Shown here: piece after piece, positions 41,279 to 54,394 of the stretch | Numbering within the stretch: position 1 is the first letter of the stretch | Layout of the letters: the number at the start of each line of letters is the position of its first letter | NCBI GenBank assembly: GCA_035221665.1 | Contig: CM069158.1 | Coordinates: 27,156,001 to 27,220,000, forward strand | Direction of reading: 5' to 3' | DNA from: Okamejei kenojei | Lineage: Eukaryota | Length of the DNA stretch: 64,000 nucleotides | The notes under the pieces: generated by a model | What the model was told of the DNA's origin: nothing | What the model saw: the letters and a program-made list of their open reading frames with translations, nothing else | The model's database searches: none | Position numbers and translations under genes: made by a program

Positions 41279-42289
41279 CTGAAAGAAACAAGAGGCAGCT
41301 CAAGTAGCAAAACAGAATGTTCCTATATATTGCAGAAAAATACACGCTTGCCAAGGAATGCACTTTTAAAAAAATCTTCAGCGGTTACCGATTCATAACT
41401 TATTGTTCGCTGTCCAGGCTTTTCAGTAACATCACTATTTTTTTCCTGCAAATATTACAACCTTGGAATTCTCAACATTACCAGACAATTACTAAGATCT
41501 TTTATAGAGTTTTGTACAGATGCTCTTTTTCACAATATGTCTGAGCCCTATTCAACAACTGTGGGAGGCAAGTTTAAAGTTCCCATATTCTATAATTATA
41601 AAATCACTCACTTACAACAATGATAACAACAAGGTTGATGAGTCACAAATAGTCTTGGTCTATTATAATCCAGCCTTTCAAGTGACTAAAGGATTGTGGA
41701 TCTATATTTAGATAGACTTGCAAGTAAAATTATATTCAGCAAAATAAGAATATTCATGTGCAATGCCAGAGAATGCATACAGAATGTTAACCTGGGGTGA
41801 ACAGACTGAAATTTAACAAGCAAATTAAACACACAAAGAGCCAACTCAACTGAAACAACTCTAAGATTACACGAAATCAAAACTTACAGTTAGCAAGTCA
41901 AAAGGTTCTGGAACTAAAACTGCAGTGCAAGCTACATTAGACATACTGGTAGTTTCAGTACAGCATTAAGGAGGGTGTGGTAATGCAGGCAAATGACATC
42001 TTCCAGGATACATTGCACAATGCCCCCTTATTATTCATTTAGATGGATGAAAACTGAAGAGTCATGGTGCTCTCTCGATAACTTTCTAGCATTCCGGTTT
42101 CAACAGATTCCAGGAAAAAAATCCATGCTTTCATTAGTTTCTTATTGTACACAATTGTCTGCTTTTGCATACATAATTGCACCTCCAAACAATCTAGTAA
42201 TAAAGCCAGTAATATTGTTCTCCTTTAAAGTATAATTGAAAGGCATTGTAGCACAATATAGAGGTAAACCAGGCTTTGCTAAAAACCAT

Positions 42290-42600
42290 AAGACGTTAAT
42301 AGGACCAGAATTAGGCCAGAGGACCCATCGAGAATGCTCCGTCATTTGATCACGGCTGATCTATTTTTCCCTCTCAACCCTATTCTCCTGTCTTCTTCGT
42401 ATAACCTTTGGCACCCTTACTAATAAAGGCCTCCACAGCCAATGATGGCAATGAATTACCCATATTCATCACCTTCTGGCTAAAGAAATTCCTCCTCATC
42501 TCTATTCCAAAGGTGCATCCTTTCATTCTAAGACTGTGCCCTTGCCAACCATTGGAAATATCCTCTCCGTATCCACTCTATCTCGGTCTTTCAAAACAAT
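42290..42600 (-). mobile_element. CR1 LINE 3' end
   Basis: DRVDTERIFP; tail similar to the 15700 region. Confidence 0.75.
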
Positions 42601-42973
42601 CCTTAAGTGGGAAAGGCGATGGATTTCAAAATTTTGGCACCGGTTTAAATGGTCACCATCATTCCTGTGTTTCACAGCTGTGCCAGTGATGAAGTGATGG
42701 GACACATGCAGACAAGAGGTCCAACTAAGAGTAACAGAACATGTTAGAAGATGGATTCAAATGGCAATTTCATTTAAGATGGGGCAGGAAGAATCTTGCA
42801 GATCAAGAAATTTTAAATGTAACCTATGGAACACTAGCAATGTTGGTTAGCAAGTGCCTTTAATCAATTATAGCATGTAGGTGGAAAACTTTAACTGCAA
42901 GAAAACGCTCATCACTTAAATTAAACTAATATTTTTGTAGCTTGGGCTGAAGCTTAGCATAAGATGCACTTAC

Positions 42974-43036
42974 AGTGTACTCCCCATATTTCTTCCCGTA
43001 CCATCGCATCCATTTCCTGAACTCTGTATCCATTGC
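42974..43036 (-). CDS. DOT1L: DOT1L exon 7 (AMDTEFRKWMRWYGKKYGEYT)
   Basis: 63 nt; aag| and |gtaagt. Confidence 0.96.
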
Positions 43037-43319
43037 CTTTGTAAGAATGAGAAACAATAATACCATGAATATCTGGATTATACACACAGTGGTTGATTAA
43101 TTAACTCAAGCTTGCTTCAAAGATATCATGCCGGATCAGAGAAATTGTCATTATTATTCATTCAAGGGATGTGGACTTTACAAGCAGAGCAAGAAATGTA
43201 ATTGCCCGTTTAATTGCCCTTGAAAAGGTGGCAATGATGAGGTGACTTCTCAAACTGTTGCAGCCTTTGAGGCATGGGTAGACAGACCATGCTGTTAAGG
43301 GGGGATTGTAACTCAGCGA

Positions 43320-43495
43320 NNNNNNNNNNNNNNNNNNNNNNNNNNNNNNNNNNNNNNNNNNNNNNNNNNNNNNNNNNNNNNNNNNNNNNNNNNNNNNNNN
43401 NNNNNNNNNNNNNNNNNNNNNNNNNNNNNNNNNNNNNNNNNNNNNNNNNNNNNNNNNNNNNNNNNNNNNNNNNNNNNNNNNNNNNNNNNNNNNNN
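43320..43495. other. Assembly gap (176 N), probable location of DOT1L exon 6
   Basis: N run. Exon 5 ends in phase 1 and exon 7 starts in phase 0, and the expected VGQVVLQ... exon is absent from the flanking sequence. Confidence 0.85.
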
Positions 43496-43631
43496 ACCAC
43501 AAAATCTATGGTCAACAAAAATCTCATCACTCTCAGATTTAAAACTAACAAGTGAACCAACATTGAATGCACTTTTGTAAGAGTTCCAAATGTTTAACAT
43601 TCTTTTCATATCAAAGTGCTTTCAAACTTCA

Positions 43632-43793
<162 letters not shown>

Positions 43794-43865
43794 TTAATAA
43801 AAATGTACACAAAAATCAATGTGATGCAATCAGTAAACAAGCCAGAATTATTATTTCCCCCACTA

Positions 43866-44249
<384 letters not shown>

Positions 44250-44501
44250 CTAGTCTAAGCATAGAGCAAGGTTGTACAATATGCAATAAGTTGGAGCTTC
44301 AATTGAACTTCTGCTCAGCACAAAATAGCATTTAAAAGGAAAACAGAAAGCCATATATGATCCTCTCAAATTATATCCTAAACTGACAATTCAACAAATC
44401 CCCAAGTTACCCCCCCGAACCACAACTACTTGTATTTACAAAGTGGTGTGACAACAGTACAATCACTTCCCATGATCACTATTGGATAAATTTATGATAG
44501 A

Positions 44502-44660
44502 CAGTGCCCTCCATAATGTTTGGGACAAAGACTCATCATTTATTTATTTGTCTCTGCACCCCACAATTTGAGATATGTAATAGAAAAAAAATAATCAAAT
44601 GTTTATACACTTTGGCTTCACCATGTAGAAATTACAGCTGTGTTTATACATAGTCTCCCC
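44502..44660 (+). mobile_element. Isolated TIR fragment of the 55944 Tc1 family
   Basis: cagtgccctccataatgtttgggacaaagac... nearly identical to the ends at 55944 and 58355. Confidence 0.85.
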
Positions 44661-45402
44661 GTTTGAATGGAGCAGAGTTTATTTATAAAGTATTAATGCA
44701 AAGGCAAGAAACTAATGCAACCATTATCACTATTTTTTTTTAAACTTTCAATGGGTTTCAGTCAGAGATGCAGAGCAATCTCACCCCTTCCAATAAATTC
44801 CAAATTCAAAAACAGCAAGACAACGCTTCTTTAAAGATGTCAAAATACAAAATAGACTATGAGAAACCATTTCCGAGTCCAGGGAAAGAATGAATCGCGT
44901 ATCTCTTCAGTTCCTCCATTTGATAACACACCGAAGAGGAGATCCTTACTAAATGCATCCATTTAGGAGCAGATGGCAGCTTAAATTAGTCAAACATGTT
45001 CCCTCCCAAGCTTTTGCATTTCAGTACTTGTCAATGGTTTCCTTCAATACCTAATGTCAACTTTCCTTCTCACCACTTTTCAAAATTAAACTACTACTAA
45101 TTATAGGAAGGGAATGTTAGACCATGCCTCCAAATATAATCAAAACCATCTCTAAACCCCAATTCGGCCCATGATACAGTGTAATCTCAGACTAGTTTGT
45201 GTACTCATCTGGAACCTAGATCTTGCTAAAGTTGAGGTACATGCACATTGTGAGAATGGAAAATTATCTAAAAAAGGCAGGAAACAAAAAATTGCTCAAG
45301 GCAATGAAGCCAATAAAATCGAAAATGCGTTTTGGGCTGAATGTTGGACAGCTTAAATTAAAAAATAAATGGCAACTTTTGTTTAATTGTTTAAATACAG
45401 TA

Positions 45403-45887
45403 AATAATAATAGAATATTGACTGGCCTTGAGGGGGATACGACATATATTGCCTGAAGTAGATTCATATTGCCCGAGTCGAAGACGAGGGCAATATGGAT
45501 CTAGTGAGGGCAATATATGTCGTATCTCCCGAAAGAGGACAGTCAATATTGTTATTATTACCCATATCACACATCTAGAGGAAAATTTGAACATCTCAGC
45601 TCGGCGGACTTCCACGTAAAATTTAACCAAAATGGACGCGGCAGTCTTCCTGTCTGCCGTTTGAATATTCTAAATTTCCCACGCAGCGTCACGTTGCCAA
45701 GTTCCCGGATGTGAGACCAGGGGAATATAAGACTATATTCCCCGCTGTTTTAACAGGTAAAGTCCATAGGCGTTCGCAAGAAAGGGGAATACAAGAAAAT
45801 ATTCCCCTGTTACCCCTGCTGGCAGTAAAAACGAAGGGAATACAATTTTGTAAAAGCATACCTCAGATGTGTGATATGGGTAATAAT
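45403..45887. mobile_element. Palindromic non-autonomous element (Crypton-A/Eulor-like architecture)
   Basis: ~155-bp imperfect palindrome 45403-45560 centred on gagtcgaagacga; IR pair 45554-45581 / 45861-45887; internal gggaata..tattccc hairpins. Family assignment is inference. Confidence 0.6.
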
Positions 45888-45900
45888 TAAAATTACTCAC

Positions 45901-45964
45901 CAACTGCTGAATGCTATCCATGGCCCGGTTGTACTTCTCACATAGCTTTTGCATACTCTCAAAA
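45901..45964 (-). CDS. DOT1L: DOT1L exon 4 (FESMQKLCEKYNRAMDSIQQL)
   Basis: 64 nt; tag| and |gtgagt; overlaps ORF 45733..45954. Confidence 0.97.
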
Positions 45965-46166
45965 CTAGAAGAGTGTAAATAATTGAGAAACCAAAGTGAA
46001 CATTGAGTAAATATGGTTATATAGAGTATTTACAAATGATTAAACCTTGACATGCAATCTTCGACCTCCAGTTTCATTATACATAAAACATGTACCTTGA
46101 ATACTCTGAATAAGGATATTTAAGAGTCAACATAATACAGTCAAAAATCAAACTATGATGAAAATA

Positions 46167-47707
46167 CAGTGGCTTGCAAAAGTATTCATACCCCTTGAAC
46201 TTTTCCACATTTTGTCATGTTACAACCACAAACGTAAATGTATTTTATTGGGATTTTATGTGATAGACCAACACAAAGTGGTGCATAATTGTGTAGTGGA
46301 AGGAAAATGACACAAGGTTTCCAAATTGTATTACAAATAAAAAACTGAAAAGTGTGGTGTTCAAAAGTATTCAGCCCCCCCGAGTCAATACTTTGTAGAA
46401 CCACCTTTCGCTGCAATTACAGCTGCAAGTCTTTTGCGGTGTGTCTCTACCAGCTTTGCACATCTAGAGACTGAAATTTTTGCCCATTCTTCTTTGCAAA
46501 ATAGCTCAAGCTCAGTCAGATTGGATGGAGAGCATCTGTGAACAGCAATTTTAAAGTCTTGCCAGAGATTCTCAATTGGATTTAGGTCTGGAATTTGACT
46601 GGGCCATTCTAACACATGAATATGCTTTGATCTAAACCATTCCATTGTAGCTCTGGCTGTATGTTTAGGGTCGTTGTCCTGCTGGAAGGTGAACCTCCGC
46701 CCCAGTCTCAAGTCGTTTGCAGACTCTAATAGGTTTTCTTCCAAGATTGCCCTGTATTTGGCTCCATCCATCTTCCCATCAACTCTGACCAGTTTCCTGT
46801 CCCTGCTGAAGAAAAGCATCCCCACAGCATGATGCTGCCACCACCACGTTTCACAGTGGGGATGGTGTGTTCAGGGTGATGTGCAGTGTTGGTTTTCCAC
46901 CACACAGTGTTTTGCATTTAGGCCAAAAAACTTCAATTTTGGTCTCTTCAGACCAGAGTACCTTCCTCCACATGTTTGCTGTGTCCCCCACATGGCTTGT
47001 GGCAAATTGCAAACGGGACTTCTTATGGCTTGTTTCAACAATGACTTTCTTCTTGCCACTCTTCCAACAAGGTCCGATTTGTGGAGTGCACGACTAATAG
47101 TTGTCCTGTGGTCAGATTCTCCCACCTGAGCTGTGGATCTCTGCAGCTCCTCCAGAGTTACCATGGGCCTCTTGGCTGCTTCTCTGATCAATGCTCTCCT
47201 TGCCCGGCCTGTCAGTTTAGGTGGACGGCCATGTCTTGGTAGGTTTGCAGTTGTGTCATACTCTTTTCATTTTCGGATGATGGATTGAATAGTGCTCAGT
47301 GAGATGTTCGAAGCTTGGGATATTTTTTTATAACCTAACCCTGCTTTAAACTTCTCCACAACTTTATCCCTGACCTGTCTGGTGTGTTCCTCGAGCTTCA
47401 TGGTGCTGTTTGTTCTCTAATGTTCTCTAACAAACCTCTGAGGCCTTCACAGAACAGCTGTATTTATACTGAGATTAGATTACACACAAGTGAACTCTAT
47501 TTACTAATTAGGTGACTTCTGAAGGCAATTGGTTGCACTGGATTTTATTTAGCGGTATCAGAGTAAATGGGGCTGAATACCTTTGCACGCCACACTTTTC
47601 AGTTTTTTATTTGTAAAAAAATTTGAAAACCATGTATAATTTTCCTTCCACTTCACAATTATGCGCCACTTTGTGTTGGTCTATCACATACAATCCCAAT
47701 AAAATAC
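46167..47707 (-). mobile_element. Tc1-like DNA transposon, near full length, inactive transposase (ATG ~47401, stop 46385)
   Basis: TA|CAGTGGCTTGCAAAAGTATTC end; long IRs with the right outer part missing; DD34E motifs FQQDNDPKH and WPSQIPDLNPIENLW; in-frame TGA and frameshifts. Confidence 0.95.
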
Positions 47708-48860
47708 TTGTTTAAGACGGAATAGTAATTTTCATACTGCAAGCTTTCAAGTAAATGTCATATTAAAGAACCCTTACACAAACTTTACTAATCACTACAC
47801 AAAGAGTATTTAAGAATGCACTATTTTTAAGAATCTCAGGTCTCCCTATTCCAATAAGTGGCTAGCAGTTTTCATCCCTTAGAATGAACAATGAAGTTTT
47901 GAGAAAATCTAAGAAAAGATTTCTGGAAATAATCAGTAGGTCAGACCACATCTGTGCAAAGGGAAATAGAGTTAGCATTTCAGTTTTTTTCTGTTTTGTT
48001 TTTAATATTCTAGGATGGATATATGGAACTGTCTTAATTTCCACTATAGGTGGGTCTGTTACAACACGACTGTTGTGTTGTAAGAAATCCCACATTATAG
48101 AAAATTCCTTTGAAAACAATTGTGCCAATTAGGGAGGTGGTGGTTAGGGACTAGAAAGTGCTTGACTTTTTTTCTGCAGAATTTTCAAAAACAGTTTTTT
48201 TTTTTAAATATTGGAAGTTAATTTTGGTTACTGCAAGCTAAAATTATTGAAAGTTGTAGGTTATATTGTTTATTATAGTATAATTGCACCAGTTTCAATC
48301 AAAGTAATTGCTTGGTAATTTCACTGACCACACGCTGTGAAACTAGCTGGTAGCCTCTATGGAAACAGTTCTTCTTCACCGTGACAGGTTTTTTTGAAAC
48401 CAAGACAGTGTTTTTTCTGCTCATCAATTTCCAAAGTAACTTAAGACACAAAGAACCACAGATGCTGATTTACAAAAAAAACTCAGCCAGGTCAGGCAGC
48501 ATCTGTGAAGAAAGTGAACAGGACCCTGCTTCAGGCTGCAGAAGAGTCCCGATCCAAAACACCCCCTATACATTTTCTCCAACACTTTCTATCCTCCAAA
48601 GTAACTCAAGTGGTTTTCTAGTTACCATTTGAAATAGTTTCATAAACAATTCGGCCTGCATATACAAATAGTGTTCCCCAATTCATCAGTCGCATTTTAT
48701 CCCTTTAACATTATGGAAACACATGATATAGCAGAATTACCTGTACTCATAAAATAGATATATTTCAAAATAACATACATCTCTTCAGCATCAGCATGAT
48801 TCACATTCAAATGTTAATTTCATTGTTAATTACATTCAAAATTATCAGAAGACATCCTTA

Positions 48861-48956
<96 letters not shown>

Positions 48957-49392
48957 TCAGCTTATAACTCGCCGTCTAAGTGGGCATCAGAATGGCACAG
49001 CTGCTGCCTCACAGCGCCAGAGGCCTGGGTTCAATCCTGACAGGTGCTGTCCGTATGGAATTTGCATGTTCTCCCCATGTATCCTCTGCATGCTCTGGCC
49101 ACTCATCCCAAGGCCCATGCAGGTTTTTCCCATGCAATCCCAATAATTAATTAATTCATTCATTCAATTGACCAGGGTATTGAACAAAGATATGCATCAT
49201 GGCGGTCTATGCCTGGGGTGGCTGAAAGTATTATTTTAAATGTGCTTGCTCCATTTATCAAGTATTTAACCTGATTCTTTCAGCTTTATTACATTTTAGA
49301 ACAAATCCTAATTAATATATACATCTAAATTACAAGAGATAACTGGAATAGAGAATACAAAAAAATAATAATAAAACTACTTCAATTCTTAC

Positions 49393-49436
49393 CGGATGGT
49401 TTCAATAATTTCATGAGCAGCGTCATGATGTTTGTC
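49393..49436 (-). CDS. DOT1L: DOT1L exon 2 (DKHHDAAHEIIETIR)
   Basis: 44 nt; tag| acceptor and |gtaaga donor; peptide matches the vertebrate DOT1L N-terminus. Confidence 0.97.
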
Positions 49437-49480
49437 CTACAAAGACAAAAATTCAACAATATGACAAATGCAAGATCATT

Positions 49481-51028
49481 AAGGAGTGAAACAACTTGCT
49501 GTGCAATTAATAAGCGAGTTCGGTTTTCCGAAAAACACAAGGAATCATGGGATTTGTCAAAGGTCAAACGCTATAAAGAAAAATCAAACGAAGCGCTGTC
49601 GATACAGTGGGTATAGTTTGGGTCTGATTTTCTGTCTTATTTCTAGCTTGTATTGGTCATGGCGGACTCAAATTACGAACAAAGCGCTGACTGTATAAAC
49701 CGTGTATAAATTCTTATCTTTATTCATGATTTATGTGTAAAAATATTTAATCTGAGGAGGGGAGGTGCCAGGTAGCGGGAGAGCCGGGTGTAATAGCGAG
49801 ATAGAGGGGGCAGATGCGAGTGGAAAACCGAGGGGGGAGGGGGAGACATTCTCAGCATGCTGTACGCACACAGACCCGCGTCTCATCCGCAGCCAGGATC
49901 GAACCCGGGTCCCCGGCCCCCAGGCAGCGCGGAGAAGAAGCGCCAACCCCAGTTCATCTCCGCCTCTCCCGCCGGATCAACCTACAGCCCTGGACCAACG
50001 ACACCAGCAGCCTCAGGCCCATAGCCAGCGTGGAGAAGAGTCAACTCCAGCCCAACCACATTCCAATTCCAGAGGACGCCGCTCCCCAATGGGCCGCTAT
50101 AACGACAAGTCCCAGTTCGCCCATGACCTGGCCGAGCTGCGCTCCCTCAGCCTCCACCACAAGTACAAGACAGAGCCATGCTGCACCTTCCACACCACCA
50201 GCTTCTACCCCTACGGCACCCGCTGCCACTTCATCCACAACCCCGAGGGGGAGCAAGGGCCCCCTGGGCCCAGCCTCCTCCGGCCCGGCGCTAGACTGGG
50301 CCGCACTGTGGCCTTCAGCCCCGACCTGGAGTTGGAGCTGGCCCGGATTCTAGGCAAGGGAGTTAGAGGAGGTTGCTGCTGCCGCCAGCACCATCAGCTC
50401 CAGTGGGCGTGGGCCGGTAGGAGCCCGTCCGCAGACTCTCCGACCAGGATGACTCCAGCAGCAGCAGCTTTGAGTCGCCAGTCTTCAAGCAGGGCTGGCA
50501 GCTGCCCATATTCAGCAGGATCTCGGTGTCGGGCTGAGGGGAGGGGGGTGAAGGTGGAGAAGACCTCCCTGTTGCCTCTCCCAAGCTGTGACTGGGTGCC
50601 GTCTCCCATAGCGTGTCACCCTCCCCTCTGACTTTGTGGGGGCTGCTGTACTTTAGTGTGAAAGACTGGAGGCGGCAAGGGGCGGTGGCATCTTTCCCAT
50701 TGAGAGAATACAAGTTCTCAACAGCCACTGGAAATGGCGAGAGGTGCAGCCGAGGTCACCAGCCCGCCGGGGAACGGCTCCCCTGGAGCCGGAGCAGAGC
50801 CAGCACCCCCCTGCAAGTCTGGGGCTGCCCTCGGACAGGGACAGGACACCCGGGAGGGGACGGCCCAGCAGCAACTCAACAGCACCCGGAGCGCCAGAGA
50901 CCCGACCACAGACAGCACCCGAGCACAGAGACCCGACCAGTTGCCGAGAATGTTTATAGCGAGGGACCTATGACTTGGTCATGTGCAGTCGGAATACAGA
51001 ACTCATTTATTAATTGAAGATACTCCTT
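49481..51028 (+). mobile_element. Non-autonomous TIR DNA transposon, copy A, with captured GC-rich cargo
   Basis: Imperfect TIRs aaggagtg..caattaataagcgagttcggttttccga / tcggaatacagaactcatttattaattg..actcctt; TTAA at 49479-49482; both ends match copy B. Confidence 0.75.
50095..50537 (+). pseudogene. ZFP36/tristetraprolin-family (tandem CCCH) gene fragment, disrupted
   Basis: RYNDKSQFAH (half of finger 1, Cys lost); linker LAELRSLSLHH; KYKTEPCCTFHTTSFYPYGTRCHFIH (finger 2, one Cys now Tyr); frameshift near 50440, then ESPVF...LPIFSRISVSG*, the CNOT1-binding motif. Confidence 0.92.
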
Positions 51029-53479
51029 TGACAAATAAGGTATGGACTTAAAATATGGATGTGCAGACGTCCCTTAATAATGTTAATTATAGGAGTCCCT
51101 AAAATATTTGCAATATGAATACTAACGCTAAACTGAAATACATGTACAGTAGGTTAGCGCCAAGCATACGCCATACAGTTAGATCACACTGATTTGCACC
51201 AACCGCACCCCATATCGATATATCTGCCAAATACAATATGATAATCTCAAACCTTAAAACATTCATTTTCACATTGTTTACTGAGGGTGGTGGTTGTGAG
51301 AGTGAATAGATTGTGGTGGGAAGAAGCATTGGAAATGAGTCTTTGGGAATTTGCATTGAAGAAGAAAGGAGCTTCCTGGTTTTAATTCTTAAATAGTCCA
51401 GCCCTAGTTGCAATTATACTATTAATCAGAAGACATCCAGAGAACAGATTTTGCACAGACACTCTACTAAATACTTAAGTTAATACAAATACATTGGTTA
51501 AATCACCTTCAACAATTTAAGCTAAAAGGAAATGCAACTCGTATGTCTGCCTCATTTCAATCGATTTTTTCCAATCATGTCTGAAATCTTTTGAACCATG
51601 GCGCCATTCTGGAGATTACTATATTTGTCTCCAAGTCTCACATGTCCTCCAACATGCACTATTCCGAACCAAATACAAAATTCCAATAGTCAATGTGCTA
51701 GAAATGAAGATGCTAGAGTTTGCCATTAGCTCAAGTATGAATCTTAGGTCCAAAGTGGATGACGTCATAATTTACAGTGGTCCAGAATTTGCTGATAAAT
51801 ACCATAGCTCTACTTGAAAATGCAACCAAGTTTAGGATTTCAGCTTAAACCTATCAAAAGACAAAAATACCAGAGGAATCTGTTGCCAAACTCCCCCACT
51901 GGATTATCCACAGAGTCAGCAAAGCACAACATGCATGGGATCTCCATGCCTACTCATCTAAACAGAGATTTTAGGGCTCCAAGGACGAAAGGTAAGAATA
52001 AGGCATTGGACAAAGATTTCCTCAGCCATTATGTGGATCAGACTTGTACAGATTCTCAAGGCCCCATCTTTTAGGAGCCAAACTTGAATTCATACTTAAG
52101 GCAAACTTAACTTCAATCTTTTGAAAATGAATTCAGTGAGTAAGACTAAAACCAGTCTTAGGCAGCAACTGTCAAATTTATACACAGCAAAATCTGATCC
52201 CTTAATTCCATCAGCCACTGTATCTGTCATCACTCATTCAGTTTACATTCCCTTTGATGTATACAGCTGTGTGTCACAATATCATCTGCAAATTTGGATT
52301 TATTATAATTTCATCATCAGTTCCTATTGAATGAATCTAAGATTCCTTTGTGCAGGTTCTTAACTTTCTCTGCAGAAAGAACAAAGTTTGGATAAAAAGG
52401 AAATGTTGGAAATATGTAAAAGACAGATCCAATAAAACAAACCTATGAATAATTAACAAGAGGATCAATCAATAAAAGAAACAGTTAACATTGCTTGACC
52501 TTGTTAACATCGGTTAACAAATGGTGAATGTGGTTTTATGATCTTTCGTCAAAAGAAGAAAAGGTGAGAAAACAGGCATGTTTTAAGTTGTAAAGCAGGG
52601 AGAGGGTTGAAGAGAACAAAGGGAATGTCAATGACTGAGTGAACACCAAGGCAATCCAGAGGGTATTGAATAGAATGATGTGTGTGAGACAGAGGGCGGC
52701 GAAGGCTTGTTAACACTTACTGATTTGTCCAATGAGATGCAGGAAAACAGAGCAAAACAAAATACTGGAACTGAGTGTTAATTGGATGGGCAGAAAAGAG
52801 TTAGAAAGGAGAGTGTTACGAGAAGGTACAGCGATGAGTTGTTCAGGGCGTGGAAGACTAAAACAGAGTTGAGGAGGGGGATGCTCTTAAACTTTAACTG
52901 CCTTCTCTACACAATTGTTGTGCATTTTCAGCATTTGATTGTAGATTTCCAACATCTGCAGTTAATTGCTTCTTAATCAGCAAAGTTTTAATTTAATAAA
53001 GTGCCTAACAATATTGCCTACTTGTCTTTAATAACCTGCATTGTTCCTTTATTAAGGGAGAAAAACCTTGTACGGTTTTAACATTTGCACATTTTAATAG
53101 CAGCATTTTGTATCTCACTGCACTCTCTGCACCTGTTGTTTTTCCAATTCATTTTACTTTGACATGCCTCAGTCTCCCCTTGGATTCTTAAGTGAGCAAA
53201 TGGAGCCTTTGCACTATTGTGGTTAAAATCTGGATTTGTAGGATCAGAATTTTGACCATATATCCTTTGATCTTCACGGATATCCCCAACAGGTGTTCAT
53301 AAGATTTACATTAATTGATCCACCTGGTTTACGGTCTATTTCTCACAGTAAAAAAAAGCTCTTGGCCCGCTTCCTACAAATACTAAATCAACTTCAAATC
53401 AAATTTTGATCACGTTATTACTTGCATAGGATCAATCAACACAGGTTTATCAATCATGAAACGTAACATGTCCCAGTTC

Positions 53480-54270
53480 AATCTCTTCAGATCACACCCC
53501 AACAGTCGGCTGCCAGTGTGGCAGTACCGTGGTGTGCACACAGGAGTGAAAAGGCCTAGAATTCCCTTGCAGCAAATGGTGAGGCAGTGGGTCACCTAGC
53601 TGCACCTAGAGTGCTGCCTTAACATCCCGGCATGACAACTCTAGCATCTGGTCGTGCTCAAAACATACAACAGTTCAAAAGTGGACATCCATGAGTCATT
53701 CAGTATGGACCATCAGCAACAGAAATGTACTCCATTGTTAATGTAATAAAAAACCCCAACCTATTCCTCATGTTTACATTACAATCTAACCAAGGGATCA
53801 ATCCTGCTACAAGACTACAGAAGAGATCAACACCATAAATTAATTTAAAAAATTGATCACTACATGCATGGTAAAGAGCAAAAAGCCCTCCAACTAGCCA
53901 GGACTAACCAATCCCAAAAATAATGCATGTCGTTCAGTTAAATTCAGGAGGTGAAACATGGAACAGTTAATACAAGGAAACACCAAGAACATCCTTATAC
54001 TCCACCTTGGAACAATCCAGCATGAGTGCTGAACACAAGGGTAAAGAATGTACAAACATGTTCAGCCAGAAGTACCAAGTGGATGATCCATCAAACACCT
54101 CCTGAGATCACCACCATTATAGAAGTCAGTCTTCTGCAGTATAATTCAGTCCATGCGGTATAAAGAAACAGCTGAGAGCCCAGGAGACTGTAAAAACCCT
54201 GAGATTAGACATTGTGATTATAGCAGTAAAGATTTGTGTTCCAGAACGAGCTGTCCCAATACACTGGCAA
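53480..54270 (+). mobile_element. Old degenerate LINE ORF2 fragment
   Basis: Remnants MFSQKYQVDDPS..PPEITTI, IKKQLRA, CVPE interrupted by stops. Confidence 0.5.
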
Positions 54271-54394
54271 TGCTGATCAACACGTGTAATGTGAAAAATT
54301 GCCTACATTATGTCCTGACCACAAAACACAAGAGACATCCAATTTGGCTGATTATCACCAGGTCTACTTTCAATCATCGTTTTAATGAAATGTA

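Noticed and set aside
43158-43609. ORFs containing X runs
   Set aside because: Artefacts of the N gap.
49765-50631. 288-aa ORF as a functional nested ZFP36 gene
   Set aside because: GTG start, half of finger 1 missing, zinc ligands mutated and the CNOT1 motif out of frame.
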